From Opitutaceae bacterium (GTDB taxonomy: Bacteria; Verrucomicrobiota; Verrucomicrobiia; Opitutales; Opitutaceae), in assembly GCA_035568935.1 (NCBI GenBank), contig DATMNP010000121.1, positions 6,190 through 70,189 of the forward strand: a stretch of DNA of 64,000 bases, given 5' to 3'. The notes below the pieces were generated by a model. The model saw only the letters and a program-made list of their open reading frames with translations. It made no database searches and was not told the DNA's origin. The stretch's first letter is position 1, and every line of letters begins with the position of its first letter. The position numbers were made by a program, and so were the translations under genes. Positions 9,712 to 22,592 of the stretch are shown here, one piece after another.

Positions 9712-12174
9712 TTCTTCCCCTTCGTTCACCCAGAGCCCGCAACCAAGCGCGGGTAAGAATAATTCCGCCTCGACCGGCTGCGCCGGCTCGTGCGAGCCGG
9801 CGCCGAAAAATCGCTCATGGTCGGCAAGCTGCCGCCACGCGGCGGAGGCAACGGCTTCGCCGAGCGGGATGGTCGCATCGTTGAGCGTGGGATTGACGGC
9901 AAAAAGCAGGCGGAGCGGGCCGTGGCTCTGGCCGGCATTGTAAAGCACCGCGGCAGCGGTCGAGTCGGGTGCGAAAAAAAACTGGAAGAACGTGTCACCC
10001 GGCGGTGAAAAGAGGCGCAGCAGCCGGCCGCGTTCGCTGCGGCGAAAAGCGATCCAGTCGGCAAAATACGCATGGGTGGAGGGGAAGCGATAAAGCCGGC
10101 GGTAATCGAGGGCATTGAGGTCGCCCTGCTGGTAGGTGTTGTTCACGCCGCGCTTCGAACGCAGGAAATCCTGCCCCGCGGATATCATCGGGATGCCGAT
10201 GCTCGCAAAAAGAATCGCCGCCATGAGGTGGGTGCGCCGGCGGTCGTTGGCCGTGGGGGAGAAACCGTTGCCGCCCTCATTCTCCGTGATGTTGTCGATC
10301 CACGTCCGGTCGTCATGCGACTCGGTGTAGTTGACCGTCTGCGCCGGCCACTTGGCAAAATGCCACGGCGAGCCCTTGAGAAAATACTCGAACCCCCCGC
10401 GCGTGCCGCCCCCGCGCACGAACTCGGCCAGGAATTTCCTGTATCCATCGTTCCATGACGCCCAGCCGGTGTCGCGCAGCGCGCCCGCGATGTGCCCGCG
10501 GAAGCTCCACGGCTCGGAGATGAGCACGACGTCGGGTTTCACATTTTTCAACGATGCCTCGACCTCGCGGAGCACGTCCACGCCGATGAGATCGGCGAGA
10601 TCGAAGCGGAATCCATCCACGCCGTAAGCCTCGATCAGGTGCGTGCAGCTGTCGATGATGAGCCGGGTGGCCATGGCGGAGCGGGCCCGCAGGTCGTTGC
10701 CGCAGCCGCTCCAGTTCGCGAGTTTCCCCTCGTCGTCCTGCTCGAAGTAATAAAGCTTGTCGATGAACATGAGGTGCGCCGGCTCGCCGACATGGTTGTA
10801 GACCACGTCGAGGAGCACGGCGATGCCGCGCCGGTGAAACGCGCGCACCAGTTCCTGCAGCTCGCGCACGCCCGACGCCTGCGCCGGGTCGAGCGAATAG
10901 CTGCTCTCCGGCGCAAAAAAATTGTTCGTCATGTAGCCCCAGTGGTATTCCCCGGGCGCCTGGTTGTCGAATTCCTGCACCGGCTGCAGCTCGACGGCGT
11001 TCACCCCGAGTTTGTGCAGGTAGAACGCCGGGCTTTGCACCCATTTGGCCAGGCCCGCGAAGCCGCTCCGCTCGGCCGGGCTCGCCTTCACCGGGGCATG
11101 GGCCGTGAGGTCGCGCACGTGCGCCTCGACGATGATGAGATCCTGCCATGCCGGCGTCGGGAAATCCCGGTCGCCCCGCCCCACCCAGCCGCGGTCAAGC
11201 ACGATGCCCGGCCCGGTGCGGTCCACCGTGGCCAGCGCGTACGGATCGAGAATCCGCTGCGCCTGGTCGAAAAGCCCAAACTCGTTTTGCGGGCCCTCCA
11301 CGTGATACCAATAAAACCAGCCGTGGAGATTTTGCGCGAGGGTGATCTCCCACACCCCGGGCCCATGCGGATGCCGCGCCAGCCTGTAGCCATGCGCCGT
11401 GTCCTGCGCCGCGAGGCGGTCGCAGACGCGCAGTTCCACCTTCCTGGCCCGCGGCGCGAACAGGCGGAAGATGGTCTCGTCCCTGCCCACGAACGCACCG
11501 AGCGGCAGGTGGGTTTTGAGCTGGTAAAAAAAATCGCCCGGCCGCAGCGGCACGCTTTGCGCCTCCCCGCCTTCCGACCACAAGACCGCCCACGGTTCGG
11601 CGAGATCGAGCGGCGCCGCCACCGTGAAATGAAACAGATGCTGGCCCGTGCGCTCGGGATCGACGAAACGGTTCGCGTTGCCCAAGTCGTCGCGGATGAC
11701 ATTGGGTGCGTCAAGCGGCACCTCGAGCCACCGATGTTCGCCGGTGACAAACTTGAACCGCATGGACGGCTGCGCAAAGAATTGTTCTGCCCGCCGGGCA
11801 AGCAGCAGCACGGGTTCGCCCGCAAGCGTCGCCGGCTGGAGCCGCCATTCAGCCTGGCCCACGGCGTCCGGCCACCCGTTGAAATCGCCCGCCAGGTAAA
11901 CCGCGGTGGCCAAGAAATCGAGGTCGGCCGGCAAACGCGCCATGGGCAGGAAGAAAAAGATTTCGTCCTTTTTGTTGACGAAATAGCCGCTTGAGCGACC
12001 GAACGTGTAGTCGGGCAGGCGCGTAAACGTGGCCAGGTGCGGCGCCGCCGCCCCGCCCAGGCTGAGCGAAAGCGGGGGCTTGTGGCGGGCGCGCCAATCG
12101 TGCGCGAGCTCGATCACGCCACTCGTCGGCGACGTGAGCCAGGCCCGGACAATTTTTTTCTCCCGCGAACGCAT
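9703..12174 (-). CDS. GH13 alpha-amylase-family enzyme, pullulanase / debranching type
   Basis: Conserved GH13 regions are [24 protein letters not shown] and YTESHDD. ATG at 12174; the ORF-track start at 12213 is TTG. Confidence 0.8.
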   Translation of the reverse strand: MRSREKKIVRAWLTSPTSGVIELAHDWRARHKPPLSLSLGGAAAPHLATFTRLPDYTFGRSSGYFVNKKDEIFFFLPMARLPADLDFLATAVYLAGDFNGWPDAVGQAEWRLQPATLAGEPVLLLARRAEQFFAQPSMRFKFVTGEHRWLEVPLDAPNVIRDDLGNANRFVDPERTGQHLFHFTVAAPLDLAEPWAVLWSEGGEAQSVPLRPGDFFYQLKTHLPLGAFVGRDETIFRLFAPRARKVELRVCDRLAAQDTAHGYRLARHPHGPGVWEITLAQNLHGWFYWYHVEGPQNEFGLFDQAQRILDPYALATVDRTGPGIVLDRGWVGRGDRDFPTPAWQDLIIVEAHVRDLTAHAPVKASPAERSGFAGLAKWVQSPAFYLHKLGVNAVELQPVQEFDNQAPGEYHWGYMTNNFFAPESSYSLDPAQASGVRELQELVRAFHRRGIAVLLDVVYNHVGEPAHLMFIDKLYYFEQDDEGKLANWSGCGNDLRARSAMATRLIIDSCTHLIEAYGVDGFRFDLADLIGVDVLREVEASLKNVKPDVVLISEPWSFRGHIAGALRDTGWASWNDGYRKFLAEFVRGGGTRGGFEYFLKGSPWHFAKWPAQTVNYTESHDDRTWIDNITENEGGNGFSPTANDRRRTHLMAAILFASIGIPMISAGQDFLRSKRGVNNTYQQGDLNALDYRRLYRFPSTHAYFADWIAFRRSERGRLLRLFSPPGDTFFQFFFAPDSTAAAVLYNAGQSHGPLRLLFAVNPTLNDATIPLGEAVASAAWRQLADHERFFGAGSHEPAQPVEAELFLPALGCGLWVNEGEEKG

Positions 12175-12324
12175 GGGCGTGGAGAAGCATCGGACGTGCG
12201 CGGACGCGCACAAGCCGGAAAATTTTATCCAGGTATTTTGCTTGTTTTTAGAAAAATGCGTGCGCGGGGCTTTTCATTCGTCATTCGTGTTTGCCCCTCC
12301 CGCCAGGAATCCCACCTTAAAGAA

Positions 12325-13413
12325 ATGCCTGCCCGCGAAAAAATCCTCGTCGCCATGTCCGGCGGTGTGGACAGCTCCGTCGCCGCGCTCCTGCTCAAAC
12401 AGCAGGGGCACGACGTGGCCGGTGCTTACATGAAAAACTGGATCAACGAGGATGGCGTCCCCGCCCATTGCCCATGGGAACAGGACATCACGGATGCGCG
12501 CGCGGTGGCCGAACGCCTCGGCCTCGAGTTCCAGGTCGTCAACCTCATGCGCGACTATCGCGAACGCGTCGTGCAGTACCTGCTCGACGGCTATGCGCGC
12601 GGCCTCACGCCCAACCCCGACATCATGTGCAACCGCGAGATCAAGTTTGGCGTGTTTCGCACCTGGGCGCGCGAGCATGGCTACGATGCCGTGGCCACCG
12701 GACACTATGCGCGGCGCGAACAGACCGCCGACGGCGGCCTCACGCTGCTCGAGGGCGCGGACAAGAACAAGGACCAGTCGTATTTCCTCGCCCTGCTTTC
12801 GCCGGCACAGCTCGCCGACGCGCGGTTTTCCATCGGTCACCTGAAAAAGCCGGAGCTGCGCCAGCTCGCGCGCGAGGCCGGCCTGCCCAACGCCGACAAG
12901 AAAGACAGCCAGGGCATCTGTTTCATCGGCCAGGTAAAAATGACGGACTTCCTGCGCGCCTACGTGCCCGACCACCACGGCCCCATCGTGTGTGCAACCG
13001 ACGGCCGCGTGCTCGGCGAACACCGCGGCCTGCATTTCTACACCCTGGGCCAGCGCCGGGGCATCGGCGTCCCGTCAAACACCGATGGCAAAAACTATGT
13101 CGTCGTGGGCAAGCGCGCCGCCGACCACGCACTGCTCGTGGCTTTCGAAGAGCCGGCGGCCCCGGGGTTGTTCACCCGCGAAATCCGCGTGCACCACCTG
13201 AGCTGGATCGGCGCGCCCGTCACTGCGCCAGGCGGGCTCGAGGGCCGCGTGCGTTACCGCGATCCGCGCGTGCCGCTGGAATTTTTCCCGGAGGAGGATG
13301 GCCGCGGCTCCGCCCGCGTGGTGTTTCGCGATCCGCAGCGCGCGCTGGCGAGCGGGCAGATCCTCGCCTTCTACGATGGCGAAAAACTCCTCGGCGGCGG
13401 CGTTTACGAGTGA
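12325..13413 (+). CDS. mnmA: tRNA-specific 2-thiouridylase
   Basis: [17 protein letters not shown]-loop and DQSYFL. Start moved to ATG 12325 ([11 protein letters not shown]). Confidence 0.9.
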   Translation: MPAREKILVAMSGGVDSSVAALLLKQQGHDVAGAYMKNWINEDGVPAHCPWEQDITDARAVAERLGLEFQVVNLMRDYRERVVQYLLDGYARGLTPNPDIMCNREIKFGVFRTWAREHGYDAVATGHYARREQTADGGLTLLEGADKNKDQSYFLALLSPAQLADARFSIGHLKKPELRQLAREAGLPNADKKDSQGICFIGQVKMTDFLRAYVPDHHGPIVCATDGRVLGEHRGLHFYTLGQRRGIGVPSNTDGKNYVVVGKRAADHALLVAFEEPAAPGLFTREIRVHHLSWIGAPVTAPGGLEGRVRYRDPRVPLEFFPEEDGRGSARVVFRDPQRALASGQILAFYDGEKLLGGGVYE

Positions 13414-13432
13414 GGTCGAGGTCGGACTACGA

Positions 13433-15181
13433 TCAGGCGGTTGCTTCCTTCACCGAATGCTTTGAGCCCTTGTCCAAATCGGGCGGCACGTTTGCGATGG
13501 CTTCTTCCATGGTCGTCAGGCCTTCCTTGACCTTGAGCATGCTGTCCTGGTGAAGCGTCTTCATACCGTTGCGCATGGCGATTTTTTTCAGCTCGGCGGT
13601 CTCGATTTCCTTGTTGATGCCCTCCACCAGCTCCTCGCTGATGACCATCAGTTCGTGAATGCCGACGCGGCCTTTATAGCCGTTGTTGGAGCACTTGGTG
13701 CACCCCTTGGGGTTGGCCTTGAAAATTTGCCCGCTCCAGCCGAGCGCGGATTCGAGAATGTCCTTTTCCCGGCCCTTGGGTTCAATGGGCACGCGGCAGT
13801 TTTTGCACACGCGGCGCATGAGGCGCTGGGCACAGACACAGAGCAACGACGACGAAATCATGAAAGGCTCGATGCCCATGTCCGTGAGGCGGGCGATCGT
13901 GCTGGGCGCGTCGTTCGTATGCAGCGTGCTGATGAGCAAATGGCCGGTGAGCGCGGCTTCGACGGCAATGTCCGCCGTCTCGCGATCGCGGATTTCGCCG
14001 ACGAGGATGATGTCGGGATCCTGGCGCAAAAAGGCTCGCAGCGCCGTGGCAAAGGTGAGGCCGATCTGCTTGTGCATCTGCATCTGGTTGATGCCGTCCA
14101 GCGTGTATTCGATGGGATCCTCGGCGGTGCGGATGACGAGCTCGGATGAATTGATTTCGTTGAGCGCGGAATAAAGCGTCATCGACTTGCCGGAGCCGGT
14201 GGGGCCGCAGTGGAGGATCATGCCGTAGGGCTGGCGGATGACTTCGCGGTATTTGACCAGATTCTCCGCGGAAAAGCCGAGGGATGCGAGCGGCAGCGTC
14301 GATTTCTGTTTGTCGAGGATGCGCATGACCACGCCTTCGCCATGGTTGAGCGGCCCGGTGGAGACGCGCAGGTCGATATCGATGCCCTTTTTTGAGTACT
14401 GCTTGAAAACAATGCGGCCATCCTGCGGCAGGCGGCGTTCGGCAATGTTAAGGTCGCACATGATCTTCAAGCGGGCCACCAGCGCGGGGCCAACCTTGGC
14501 CGGCAGCCGGAGCTTTTCCTGGCAGATACCGTCGACGCGGTAGCGGACAATCACCTCTTTTTCCTGCGGCTCGATGTGAATATCGCTGGCCCCGGCAAAA
14601 TAGGCATCCTCGATGATGCGGTTGCTGAGCTGGATGATCGGGCCGGATTCCTCGGTGACGTCCTCGATGTTAATCCCAACGTCCTTCTCGCCAAACTCCT
14701 GGCCGATCTCCTTGACGACTTCGGCAAACTGCGCGTCGCCCTGCGTACGATCCCTGATAAATTTGTCGCGGAGATCCTTTTCCCGGCTGAGCAGGCGAAT
14801 GACGCGCAGGCCCGTCATTTCAGTGATTTTATTTGGCACCGAGACCTCGAATGGATTGGCAAAGGCCACGAGGAGAAAGTTGCCCACCTTGCCCACGGGC
14901 ATCACGAGGTTCTCCTTGCAAAACTCGAGCGGCAGATGCTCGTAGGTTTCGTTGTTCACACGATAGCGGCTGACGTTGAAGGGCGCGAGGCCGAGCGCAC
15001 TCCCTTTGGCCACGAGGATTTGGAAAGGCGTAAGGTTGTAATCGTCCTGCAGCAGCCGGTCGAGGACGTCACCGGTGGGCTCACCGGGAACGGCGCCAAT
15101 GGCCGAGCATTGCTCGGGGGTGATCAGCTCCATTTCCTCGAGCTTGGCGACGATCTGGGTCTGGATTTTTCCGAGCGGCAT
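13433..15181 (-). CDS. PilB/GspE-family secretion ATPase
   Basis: N-terminal T2SSE_N-like domain, Walker A GPTGSGKS, Walker B ILVGEIRD, and a CxxC...CxxC tetracysteine motif. Confidence 0.9.
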   Translation of the reverse strand: MPLGKIQTQIVAKLEEMELITPEQCSAIGAVPGEPTGDVLDRLLQDDYNLTPFQILVAKGSALGLAPFNVSRYRVNNETYEHLPLEFCKENLVMPVGKVGNFLLVAFANPFEVSVPNKITEMTGLRVIRLLSREKDLRDKFIRDRTQGDAQFAEVVKEIGQEFGEKDVGINIEDVTEESGPIIQLSNRIIEDAYFAGASDIHIEPQEKEVIVRYRVDGICQEKLRLPAKVGPALVARLKIMCDLNIAERRLPQDGRIVFKQYSKKGIDIDLRVSTGPLNHGEGVVMRILDKQKSTLPLASLGFSAENLVKYREVIRQPYGMILHCGPTGSGKSMTLYSALNEINSSELVIRTAEDPIEYTLDGINQMQMHKQIGLTFATALRAFLRQDPDIILVGEIRDRETADIAVEAALTGHLLISTLHTNDAPSTIARLTDMGIEPFMISSSLLCVCAQRLMRRVCKNCRVPIEPKGREKDILESALGWSGQIFKANPKGCTKCSNNGYKGRVGIHELMVISEELVEGINKEIETAELKKIAMRNGMKTLHQDSMLKVKEGLTTMEEAIANVPPDLDKGSKHSVKEATA

Positions 15182-15185
15182 GGTG

Positions 15186-15707
15186 TTAATTGGCGCTGGC
15201 AGCCTGGGTCAGGCCGGCAAGCTGCGTCCGTTCGGTGTCGATTTTTTCGAGACTGTCGGCGATCACCTCCAGCGTGGTGCCATACCAGAGGATCTGGCCG
15301 CCGAGTTTCTTCTGCCAGTGCGCGCGCACGGCCGGGCTGAGAAGGTGGGCGGTGGCGACAAAATGAAAATTTTCCTCTTGGTCGAAGGGCAGCGTCCACG
15401 TGGCCCAGCAATCGACGGTGTCGATCGATTTCCTCAGGTCATCAGGCATATCGTAATTGTGCAGCTCGACCAAGCCGACGCCCTCGGTCTCCACCAGGTG
15501 CTGCAGCACGTCCTCTTCCTTCACCACTTTCATCTCATAGGCCAGGATGGCAAGCACGCTGGTCTTGCGTCGGTCGCCCGCCATCACCGCATCCAGCAGG
15601 CGCTCGTTGGCAGCCTCGAGGTTTTCGATTTTCACCAGGTTGTGTTCAACCAGCGCGGCACCAAGCAAACGATTGACGCGCATGAGCAAGGGACGGTTTT
15701 CTGCCAT
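15186..15707 (-). CDS. Stand-alone T2SSE_N-like domain protein
   Basis: [25 protein letters not shown] followed by [15 protein letters not shown] resembles the N-domain of GspE/PilB. Ends 4 nt upstream of the ATPase start. Confidence 0.5.
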   Translation of the reverse strand: MAENRPLLMRVNRLLGAALVEHNLVKIENLEAANERLLDAVMAGDRRKTSVLAILAYEMKVVKEEDVLQHLVETEGVGLVELHNYDMPDDLRKSIDTVDCWATWTLPFDQEENFHFVATAHLLSPAVRAHWQKKLGGQILWYGTTLEVIADSLEKIDTERTQLAGLTQAASAN

Positions 15708-15740
15708 GGCAGTGAAACTTAACCAAACTGGGCGGAATGG

Positions 15741-16826
<1,086 letters not shown>

Positions 16827-19800
16827 TCAGGGTTCTTCCGCCCGGCCGAGCAGGCGAACGGGCTGATGGGTCCGCATCGGCTGCCTCAGAACGTCGCGGA
16901 TCGTGCTGATCAGCTGCGATGTGCTGACGGGCTTGGACAAGAACCGCTCATCGGTCTTCGTGCTTCCAGCGCGCAAAATCATGTTTTCGGCGTAACCCGA
17001 CATAAAGACGACCGGCAGATCGGGACTGACTTGGCGCAGCCGATCACCCAGTTCCAAGCCGCCCAAGTCCGGCATGACCACGTCGGTAAGGACGAGATCG
17101 ACCTTCGTGTCCGTCCGGCCGAGGATTTCCAGCGCCTCGCGGCCGTTTCGCGCCGTGAGAACCTTGTAACCATTGGCCTCAAGCGCATCACGCACGAAGT
17201 TGCGCACGGACTCCTCATCCTCGACCAGGAAGATCGTTTCGCAGCCACGGGGCGGCTCCGCTTTCACCACAGGTTCCGCGGGGCCGCCGGGCGTGGATTC
17301 ATTACTGGCCTCCCGGAAGTAGATGCGAAACGTCGTGCCACGGCCCACCTCGCTCGTAACGTCGATGCCGGCACTGCTTTGCTTGACGATCCCATAAACG
17401 ACCGAAAGGCCCAGGCCCGTGCCTTTGCCGATTTCCTTGGTGGTAAAAAATGGCTCGAAAAGCCGTGCCTTCACCTCGGCCGTCATCCCCTCTCCCGTAT
17501 CGGTGACCGCCAGCATGACATACGAGCCAGGCGTGATCTCGGGATGCAATGCCGTGTAGTTTTCGTCGAGCATGACATTGTCCACCTCGACGACGAGCTT
17601 GCCGCCGGTAGGCATGGCGTCGCGCGCGTTGACCGCCAGGTTCAGGATGATCTGCTCCACCTGTCCGCGATCGACCAGGACGTCGTGCCTGCCGGGATGC
17701 AGGATCGTGAAAAAATCGATGTCCTCGCCCACGATGCGCCGCAGCAGCGCCTCCATGTGGGACGCGATCCCGTTCAAGTCCCACCGTCGGGGCACCATCA
17801 CCTGCTTGCGGCTGTAGGCCAGAAGCTGGTGGGTCAGGCCACCGGCCTTTTCGCCCGCCATCAATATCTGGCTAAGATAATTGTAGAGCGGGCTGGCTGG
17901 CGTCAGTTTTTGCAACGCGAGCGAGGCGTAGCCATTGATGGCGGTCAGCAGATTGTTGAAGTCGTGGGCAATTCCTCCGGCCAGCCGGCCAATGGCGTCC
18001 ATCTTCTGCGATTGGCGCAATTGCTCCTCCATCAGCTTTACCTGGGTCATGTCGGTGGACATGCCGCAGAGCGCGTAGGGCCGGCCGGTCGCGTCGCGCA
18101 ACGGGCACTTGATCGAGAGATAGGTGCGAGCGCCATCGGCAAAGGCGAGCGTTTCCTCCAACTCCACCGGGTCGGCGGTCGACAGCGCCTTGCAGTCGTT
18201 GGCATCAAACACAGTGGCCACCGCGGTCGGGAACACATCGTAGCCGGTCTTGCCCAGGAGGGATTCTTTCGTCGTGCCGCACAGCTCGGCGAAGCGCCGG
18301 TTGACGAGGAGGAAGTGGCCGGCCAGATCCTTCATGTAGATGATCGCCGTGGAGCCATCGATGATCGCCTGGAGCAGCTCGCGGTTTTCATGCAGGGCCC
18401 GGGTGCGCTCAGCCACCTGTTCTTCCAGGTGCTCCTTGTAGCCCCTCAGCTCCTTCGTGCGTTCGTCGACAACTCGCACCAGCGTCCGCTCGTGCGCCCG
18501 CATGATTCGCGTGCGATAATAGTGCAGCCCCAGGGCTGCCATCAGCGCGCCCAGGGCGCTCAAGCCGTAAAACCAACGGGTCTGGTAGAAATGCGGCTGA
18601 AGCTGGAAGGCAAAGGACGCGCTCGCTTCGTTCCACACACCGTCGTTGTTCGCCCCAATGACCTTGAACGTGTATTTCCCCGGCGCGATGTTGCTGTAGT
18701 AGGCTGCCCGGCGGCTGCCCGGGTCGACCCAGCCCATATCGTAACCCACCAGCTGGTATTTGAACCGTACTTTCTCGGGCGCGAGAAAGCTGAGTGCGGT
18801 GTAGTGAAACTCCAGATCACCCCTGCCGGGTGGAACCGTCGCCACCCCGTCCAAGGCATAGTCCTGCCGGTTGATGCTCACGCGTTCGATATGCACCGGC
18901 GGCGGCAGCGTGTTGGTCACCACCTTCGCAGGGTCGATCACCGCCACGCCTCCAAACAGGGCGAACCACAAACGCCCGTCGGGAGCCCGGCTGGACGTTG
19001 GAGCGTATCCGACGGGAATCGCCGTCGAGCTCAAACCGTGCTCTTGCCCAAAGACGGTCGCCTTGATTGCAGGAATCCGGCCATCGGCGCAATCATCGAG
19101 CTGCCGCTTGGCGACACGGAAGATTCCCTTGCTGTACGTCCCCCAGACGTTGCCGAGGTCGTCCTCGATGAAGCTATACACGAAGTTGGTGGGCAGCCCA
19201 TCCTTTACGGTAAGATTCGTGAAGCGCCCGTCCTTGAATCGGCTCACCCCATAGCGGGTGCCGATCCACAATGCGTTTTCGCGATCCCGATACATCGGGC
19301 CAGTCACATTGCCCGCCAGACCATCCTTGGTCGTGAGGGTGGTGAAGGTGCCATCCCGAAAACGATTCAGGCCATCACGTGTGCCCAGCCAGAGATTGCC
19401 TTCCCGATCCTCGCCCAATGAACGCACGGCGTTGTGCGCGAGGCCGTCCTTGGTCGTGTAGGTAGTAAACCGATTGTCGCGGAAGCGCGCGAGTCCCTCG
19501 CCGACGGTGCTGATCCAGATGGCACCCGATCGATCCTCGAATAGTCCTCTCGCCGACATGTTGGGAATGTCAGGGTTGGGGACAGGGACGAATTGCGGAT
19601 CCGCCATCCAAGCGGGATCGTCGATGCTCGCGCTGGTCCGATAAAGGCCGCTGACCGAGCCAACCCACAGCCGCCCGGTCCGATCTTTAAGCAGGGCCTC
19701 CACCGGCCGGCTCGGCAGCCCGTTTTGTTCGCTCAAGGCGGTAAATTTTCCGTTCTCCAATCGCTGCAATCCGATGCCCGTGCCCAACCAGACGCGATTC

Positions 19801-20867
19801 TGCCGGTCGCAGAGCACCACGCTGACGCTCGAATCCAGCAAACCATCGCTTCGCGTATAGCTCTTGAACAACCCCTGGCGCACACGGGCCAGGCCGCTGG
19901 TACGCAAACCGAGCCACAGGCTGTTTTCATGATCCTGGCAGATCGCCTGCACCGGGTCAGCCGGCGTCGGTTTGTATTCATTGCGAAAAACACCCTGCCC
20001 CGGCAGGTAGCGATCGAGCCCGACCTCCGTGCCGGCCCAGATGTTTCCCTCCCCATCCTCGAACATGCTGTAGATCCGCACCGCCGACAGTCCTTCGCCC
20101 GGAGTGAAGCGGATCGTCTTGCCTTCATGCAGGCGAAACACGCCGTTGAACGAACCGATCCAAAGGTCGCCGGCCCGATCACGAAGGAATGCGCGGATTT
20201 CCCACGACGGAAGGGGGCCGGCCATTGCCGGCCGTTGGAAGCGTCCGCCCACAAAATGATTGATTTCGCCTTTGACCGTGCCCACCCAAACGCTGCCGTC
20301 GCGATCGACAAAAAGCGTGCGGACTCGTTCTATGCCTGGCGCGTCCTTCGCCGTGTAGTTCGTGAACCTTCCCTCGTGGAACCGGCTGATCCCCTGGTCC
20401 GTGCCAATCCAGATCCCGCCGTCGGCATCCCTTGCCAGGCAGCTGACGAAATTGTTCACCAATCCGTCCGCTGTCGTGTAAGTCGTGAATCGGCCATCTT
20501 TGAACCGGGTGACACCGCCGCCGAACGTGCCGATCCACAAGCTGCCATCGGGATCTGCGAGCAGCGTCCAAACTTCCAATTCCTTCAATTGGTTCTCCTT
20601 GAGATCGTCAAACGTGTCGAAGTTCACGCCATCAAACCGGCTCACGCCGCCCCGCGTGCCGGTCCAGATGTAGCCGTCTTTTGTCTGAACGACGGCGTAG
20701 ACCATGTTCTGCGGCAGTCCCTGCGCCTGCCGCCACGTGTTGATGCAATACCAGCCGGGATCGTCCCGCGGTTCGAGTGCGGCAAGGCGGACACCGGCCG
20801 TGAGCAAGCCTGCTCCTAACATTGCCGCTGCGGTGCGAAGCCAGGGGTACTCGCAAACCCGTTTCAT
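16827..20867 (-). CDS. Hybrid sensor histidine kinase: periplasmic propeller repeats + Y_Y_Y, TM, PAS, HisKA/HATPase, receiver
   Basis: Repeated DG.LWIGT..G..RF units, FHYTALSF...KYTFKV (Y_Y_Y), [11 protein letters not shown] (H-box), GTGLGLS, and C-terminal [11 protein letters not shown]...[13 protein letters not shown] at 20867; the track start at 20906 is TTG. Confidence 0.85.
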   Translation of the reverse strand: MKRVCEYPWLRTAAAMLGAGLLTAGVRLAALEPRDDPGWYCINTWRQAQGLPQNMVYAVVQTKDGYIWTGTRGGVSRFDGVNFDTFDDLKENQLKELEVWTLLADPDGSLWIGTFGGGVTRFKDGRFTTYTTADGLVNNFVSCLARDADGGIWIGTDQGISRFHEGRFTNYTAKDAPGIERVRTLFVDRDGSVWVGTVKGEINHFVGGRFQRPAMAGPLPSWEIRAFLRDRAGDLWIGSFNGVFRLHEGKTIRFTPGEGLSAVRIYSMFEDGEGNIWAGTEVGLDRYLPGQGVFRNEYKPTPADPVQAICQDHENSLWLGLRTSGLARVRQGLFKSYTRSDGLLDSSVSVVLCDRQNRVWLGTGIGLQRLENGKFTALSEQNGLPSRPVEALLKDRTGRLWVGSVSGLYRTSASIDDPAWMADPQFVPVPNPDIPNMSARGLFEDRSGAIWISTVGEGLARFRDNRFTTYTTKDGLAHNAVRSLGEDREGNLWLGTRDGLNRFRDGTFTTLTTKDGLAGNVTGPMYRDRENALWIGTRYGVSRFKDGRFTNLTVKDGLPTNFVYSFIEDDLGNVWGTYSKGIFRVAKRQLDDCADGRIPAIKATVFGQEHGLSSTAIPVGYAPTSSRAPDGRLWFALFGGVAVIDPAKVVTNTLPPPVHIERVSINRQDYALDGVATVPPGRGDLEFHYTALSFLAPEKVRFKYQLVGYDMGWVDPGSRRAAYYSNIAPGKYTFKVIGANNDGVWNEASASFAFQLQPHFYQTRWFYGLSALGALMAALGLHYYRTRIMRAHERTLVRVVDERTKELRGYKEHLEEQVAERTRALHENRELLQAIIDGSTAIIYMKDLAGHFLLVNRRFAELCGTTKESLLGKTGYDVFPTAVATVFDANDCKALSTADPVELEETLAFADGARTYLSIKCPLRDATGRPYALCGMSTDMTQVKLMEEQLRQSQKMDAIGRLAGGIAHDFNNLLTAINGYASLALQKLTPASPLYNYLSQILMAGEKAGGLTHQLLAYSRKQVMVPRRWDLNGIASHMEALLRRIVGEDIDFFTILHPGRHDVLVDRGQVEQIILNLAVNARDAMPTGGKLVVEVDNVMLDENYTALHPEITPGSYVMLAVTDTGEGMTAEVKARLFEPFFTTKEIGKGTGLGLSVVYGIVKQSSAGIDVTSEVGRGTTFRIYFREASNESTPGGPAEPVVKAEPPRGCETIFLVEDEESVRNFVRDALEANGYKVLTARNGREALEILGRTDTKVDLVLTDVVMPDLGGLELGDRLRQVSPDLPVVFMSGYAENMILRAGSTKTDERFLSKPVSTSQLISTIRDVLRQPMRTHQPVRLLGRAEEP

Positions 20868-20956
20868 TTGCACAAATAGGATAATGGCATGGCTCGGATG
20901 GTGCAAGCTCCTCCCGTCCCCATTTTCAGCGCCTTTTATGGGGACAAAATTGCAGT

Positions 20957-22039
20957 TTACGGGTTCTCGTCACGACCGAATTGGGAAGGCCGAAGGCGAA
21001 GAATTGGCCGCTCCACCAAATAATAAACCAAACCAGAAACCATAATGGTGCCAAAGACAAAAACCGGGAGCGGCAAGCCCTGTATATCTGCCACGTACTC
21101 GATTGTCAGGAAATATACCGGCCAATGAAAAAGATACATTCCATAGCTAATCTTCGCAATAAAACGAATGATGGCTGCGAGAAACCCGGTCATGTGCAGC
21201 CCCATGATTAGCGGCAGCAGCGATGAAAAGCTCAACGATGCCACTGAAAGGGCGAAGATGCGCCCATAAATTCCATCCAGCATCGAAGAATGCCAGAACA
21301 AGTAAATATTCAAAAGAAAGAGCGCAACCATGGCCCACCAAAACCGCCTGATCCAGCGCAAGTAAGCATCATGAAACTGACGAAAGGCCACCACCGAGAG
21401 GATGCCATAGCAAATCGCATCAAGCCTTCCCGCCACGCTGGTGCGGACGATGCTATCCCACGAGCCCGCACGTGAAAGCAGGATGACCCGCACGCTGAAA
21501 GCCAGCAGGCACATGGCCAATGTGCCCGACAACACGGGGCGCTTTGTCCGCCCAAAGAGGCCAAAAACGACCAAGGGCAGGAGCAGGTAAGACCATTCCT
21601 CAATGGTGAGTGACCAGGATATGGCGAACCAGTCCCCGGGCGGCATGCTGCCAAAAAGATTCTGGGTCAAAGTCACAAAGGACAAAAATCCCACCCGCCG
21701 GTGGGGATCGAGCTGCGGGAAGTCGGAAATTACAAAGAGCACGAGGTAATAGAGCGGAAGCGTTCTCATCCAACGCCGAACATAGAAGATCCCCACCGTC
21801 CGGCGCGACGGCCCGGCGGCTTCCAATCCAAGAAGAATGCCCCCGATGAGAAACCCGGACAAACAAAAGAACAACTCCACGCCAGTCACTCCGGTAAACA
21901 CCCGCCAATTGTGAACATCGATATGATGACGCTCCAGGATTGGCTTATAAAACGGAGTGGCGTGGCACAATAATACCATGCCGATCGCCACCGCCCTGAC
22001 CGCATCGAGCCCAAGATTTCGCGACGTTGTTTTTGGCAT
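20957..22039 (-). CDS. Acyltransferase family 3 membrane protein (copy 1)
   Basis: NLGLDAVRAVAI...ELFFCLSGFLIG is typical of acyltransferase_3 (OafA-like). Polytopic, with lower G+C. Confidence 0.8.
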   Translation of the reverse strand: MPKTTSRNLGLDAVRAVAIGMVLLCHATPFYKPILERHHIDVHNWRVFTGVTGVELFFCLSGFLIGGILLGLEAAGPSRRTVGIFYVRRWMRTLPLYYLVLFVISDFPQLDPHRRVGFLSFVTLTQNLFGSMPPGDWFAISWSLTIEEWSYLLLPLVVFGLFGRTKRPVLSGTLAMCLLAFSVRVILLSRAGSWDSIVRTSVAGRLDAICYGILSVVAFRQFHDAYLRWIRRFWWAMVALFLLNIYLFWHSSMLDGIYGRIFALSVASLSFSSLLPLIMGLHMTGFLAAIIRFIAKISYGMYLFHWPVYFLTIEYVADIQGLPLPVFVFGTIMVSGLVYYLVERPILRLRPSQFGRDENP

Positions 22040-22592
22040 GGAACGTTGGTTTTAAACCATGAGGCCCGAAAACGGGCACGGCCGACGGCAAAACATTATG
22101 CCTTCAGTATCCATGACCACGGGTTAAGATATTGTTCATAACAGCCTCTTGGTTTGTTTTTCGGTAAATTGAAAATGGGGGAGCTCGGGCAGCATCCTGG
22201 TCGCCCCAGCGTGGCCAGTCCACTCCTTTGGCTCTGCCCCTGGCTCAGCTATCATGATCACTTTAAAATATCGAACCGCGTGGATCCCCTCCGAACGGCA
22301 TGCGTTCCCAGGATCTGCCTTCCATTCTTCACCCCAGATCGCGGAACGCGCAGGGGTTTGCCGTGCCCTTCGCAGCGCGCAGGGCTTAGGAGGGTAAGGG
22401 TCAAGACCCCGTCCGGCCCTCCCTCCTTTCCGTTGTGTGCCTCGATCACGGTGTGGCCCACCTGGGACAGGATGGGAAGACAGGAGGGTTCGAACGAGTT
22501 GTCGCCGTCGATGAATCGGATTTTGGAGCCATGATCGGTGTGGAAAGACCGCGGCGCGGTTTCCTCTTTTTTATGAATAAATGCATTGGGTT

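Noticed and set aside
22183-22227. 45-nt segment similar to 24428-24472, upstream of acyltransferase copy 1 and of the secreted-protein gene.
   Set aside because: Only about 78% identical, with a single perfect 15-mer (ggccagtccactcct). That is too short and degenerate to call a regulatory element or repeat family from this window alone.
22470-22500. gggttcgaacg, reminiscent of a tRNA T-loop.
   Set aside because: No complementary T-stem, acceptor stem or anticodon arm could be drawn. No tRNA was found anywhere in the window by eye.
22154-22534. 126-aa plus-strand ORF in the spacer between the two acyltransferase genes. The 276-aa minus ORF at 22258-23088 was also noticed.
   Set aside because: The minus ORF is mostly an out-of-frame overlap with acyltransferase copy 2. 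Only its 3' part looks like a degenerate receiver domain, and that is reported as a remnant within a finding. The plus ORF is antisense to that remnant.
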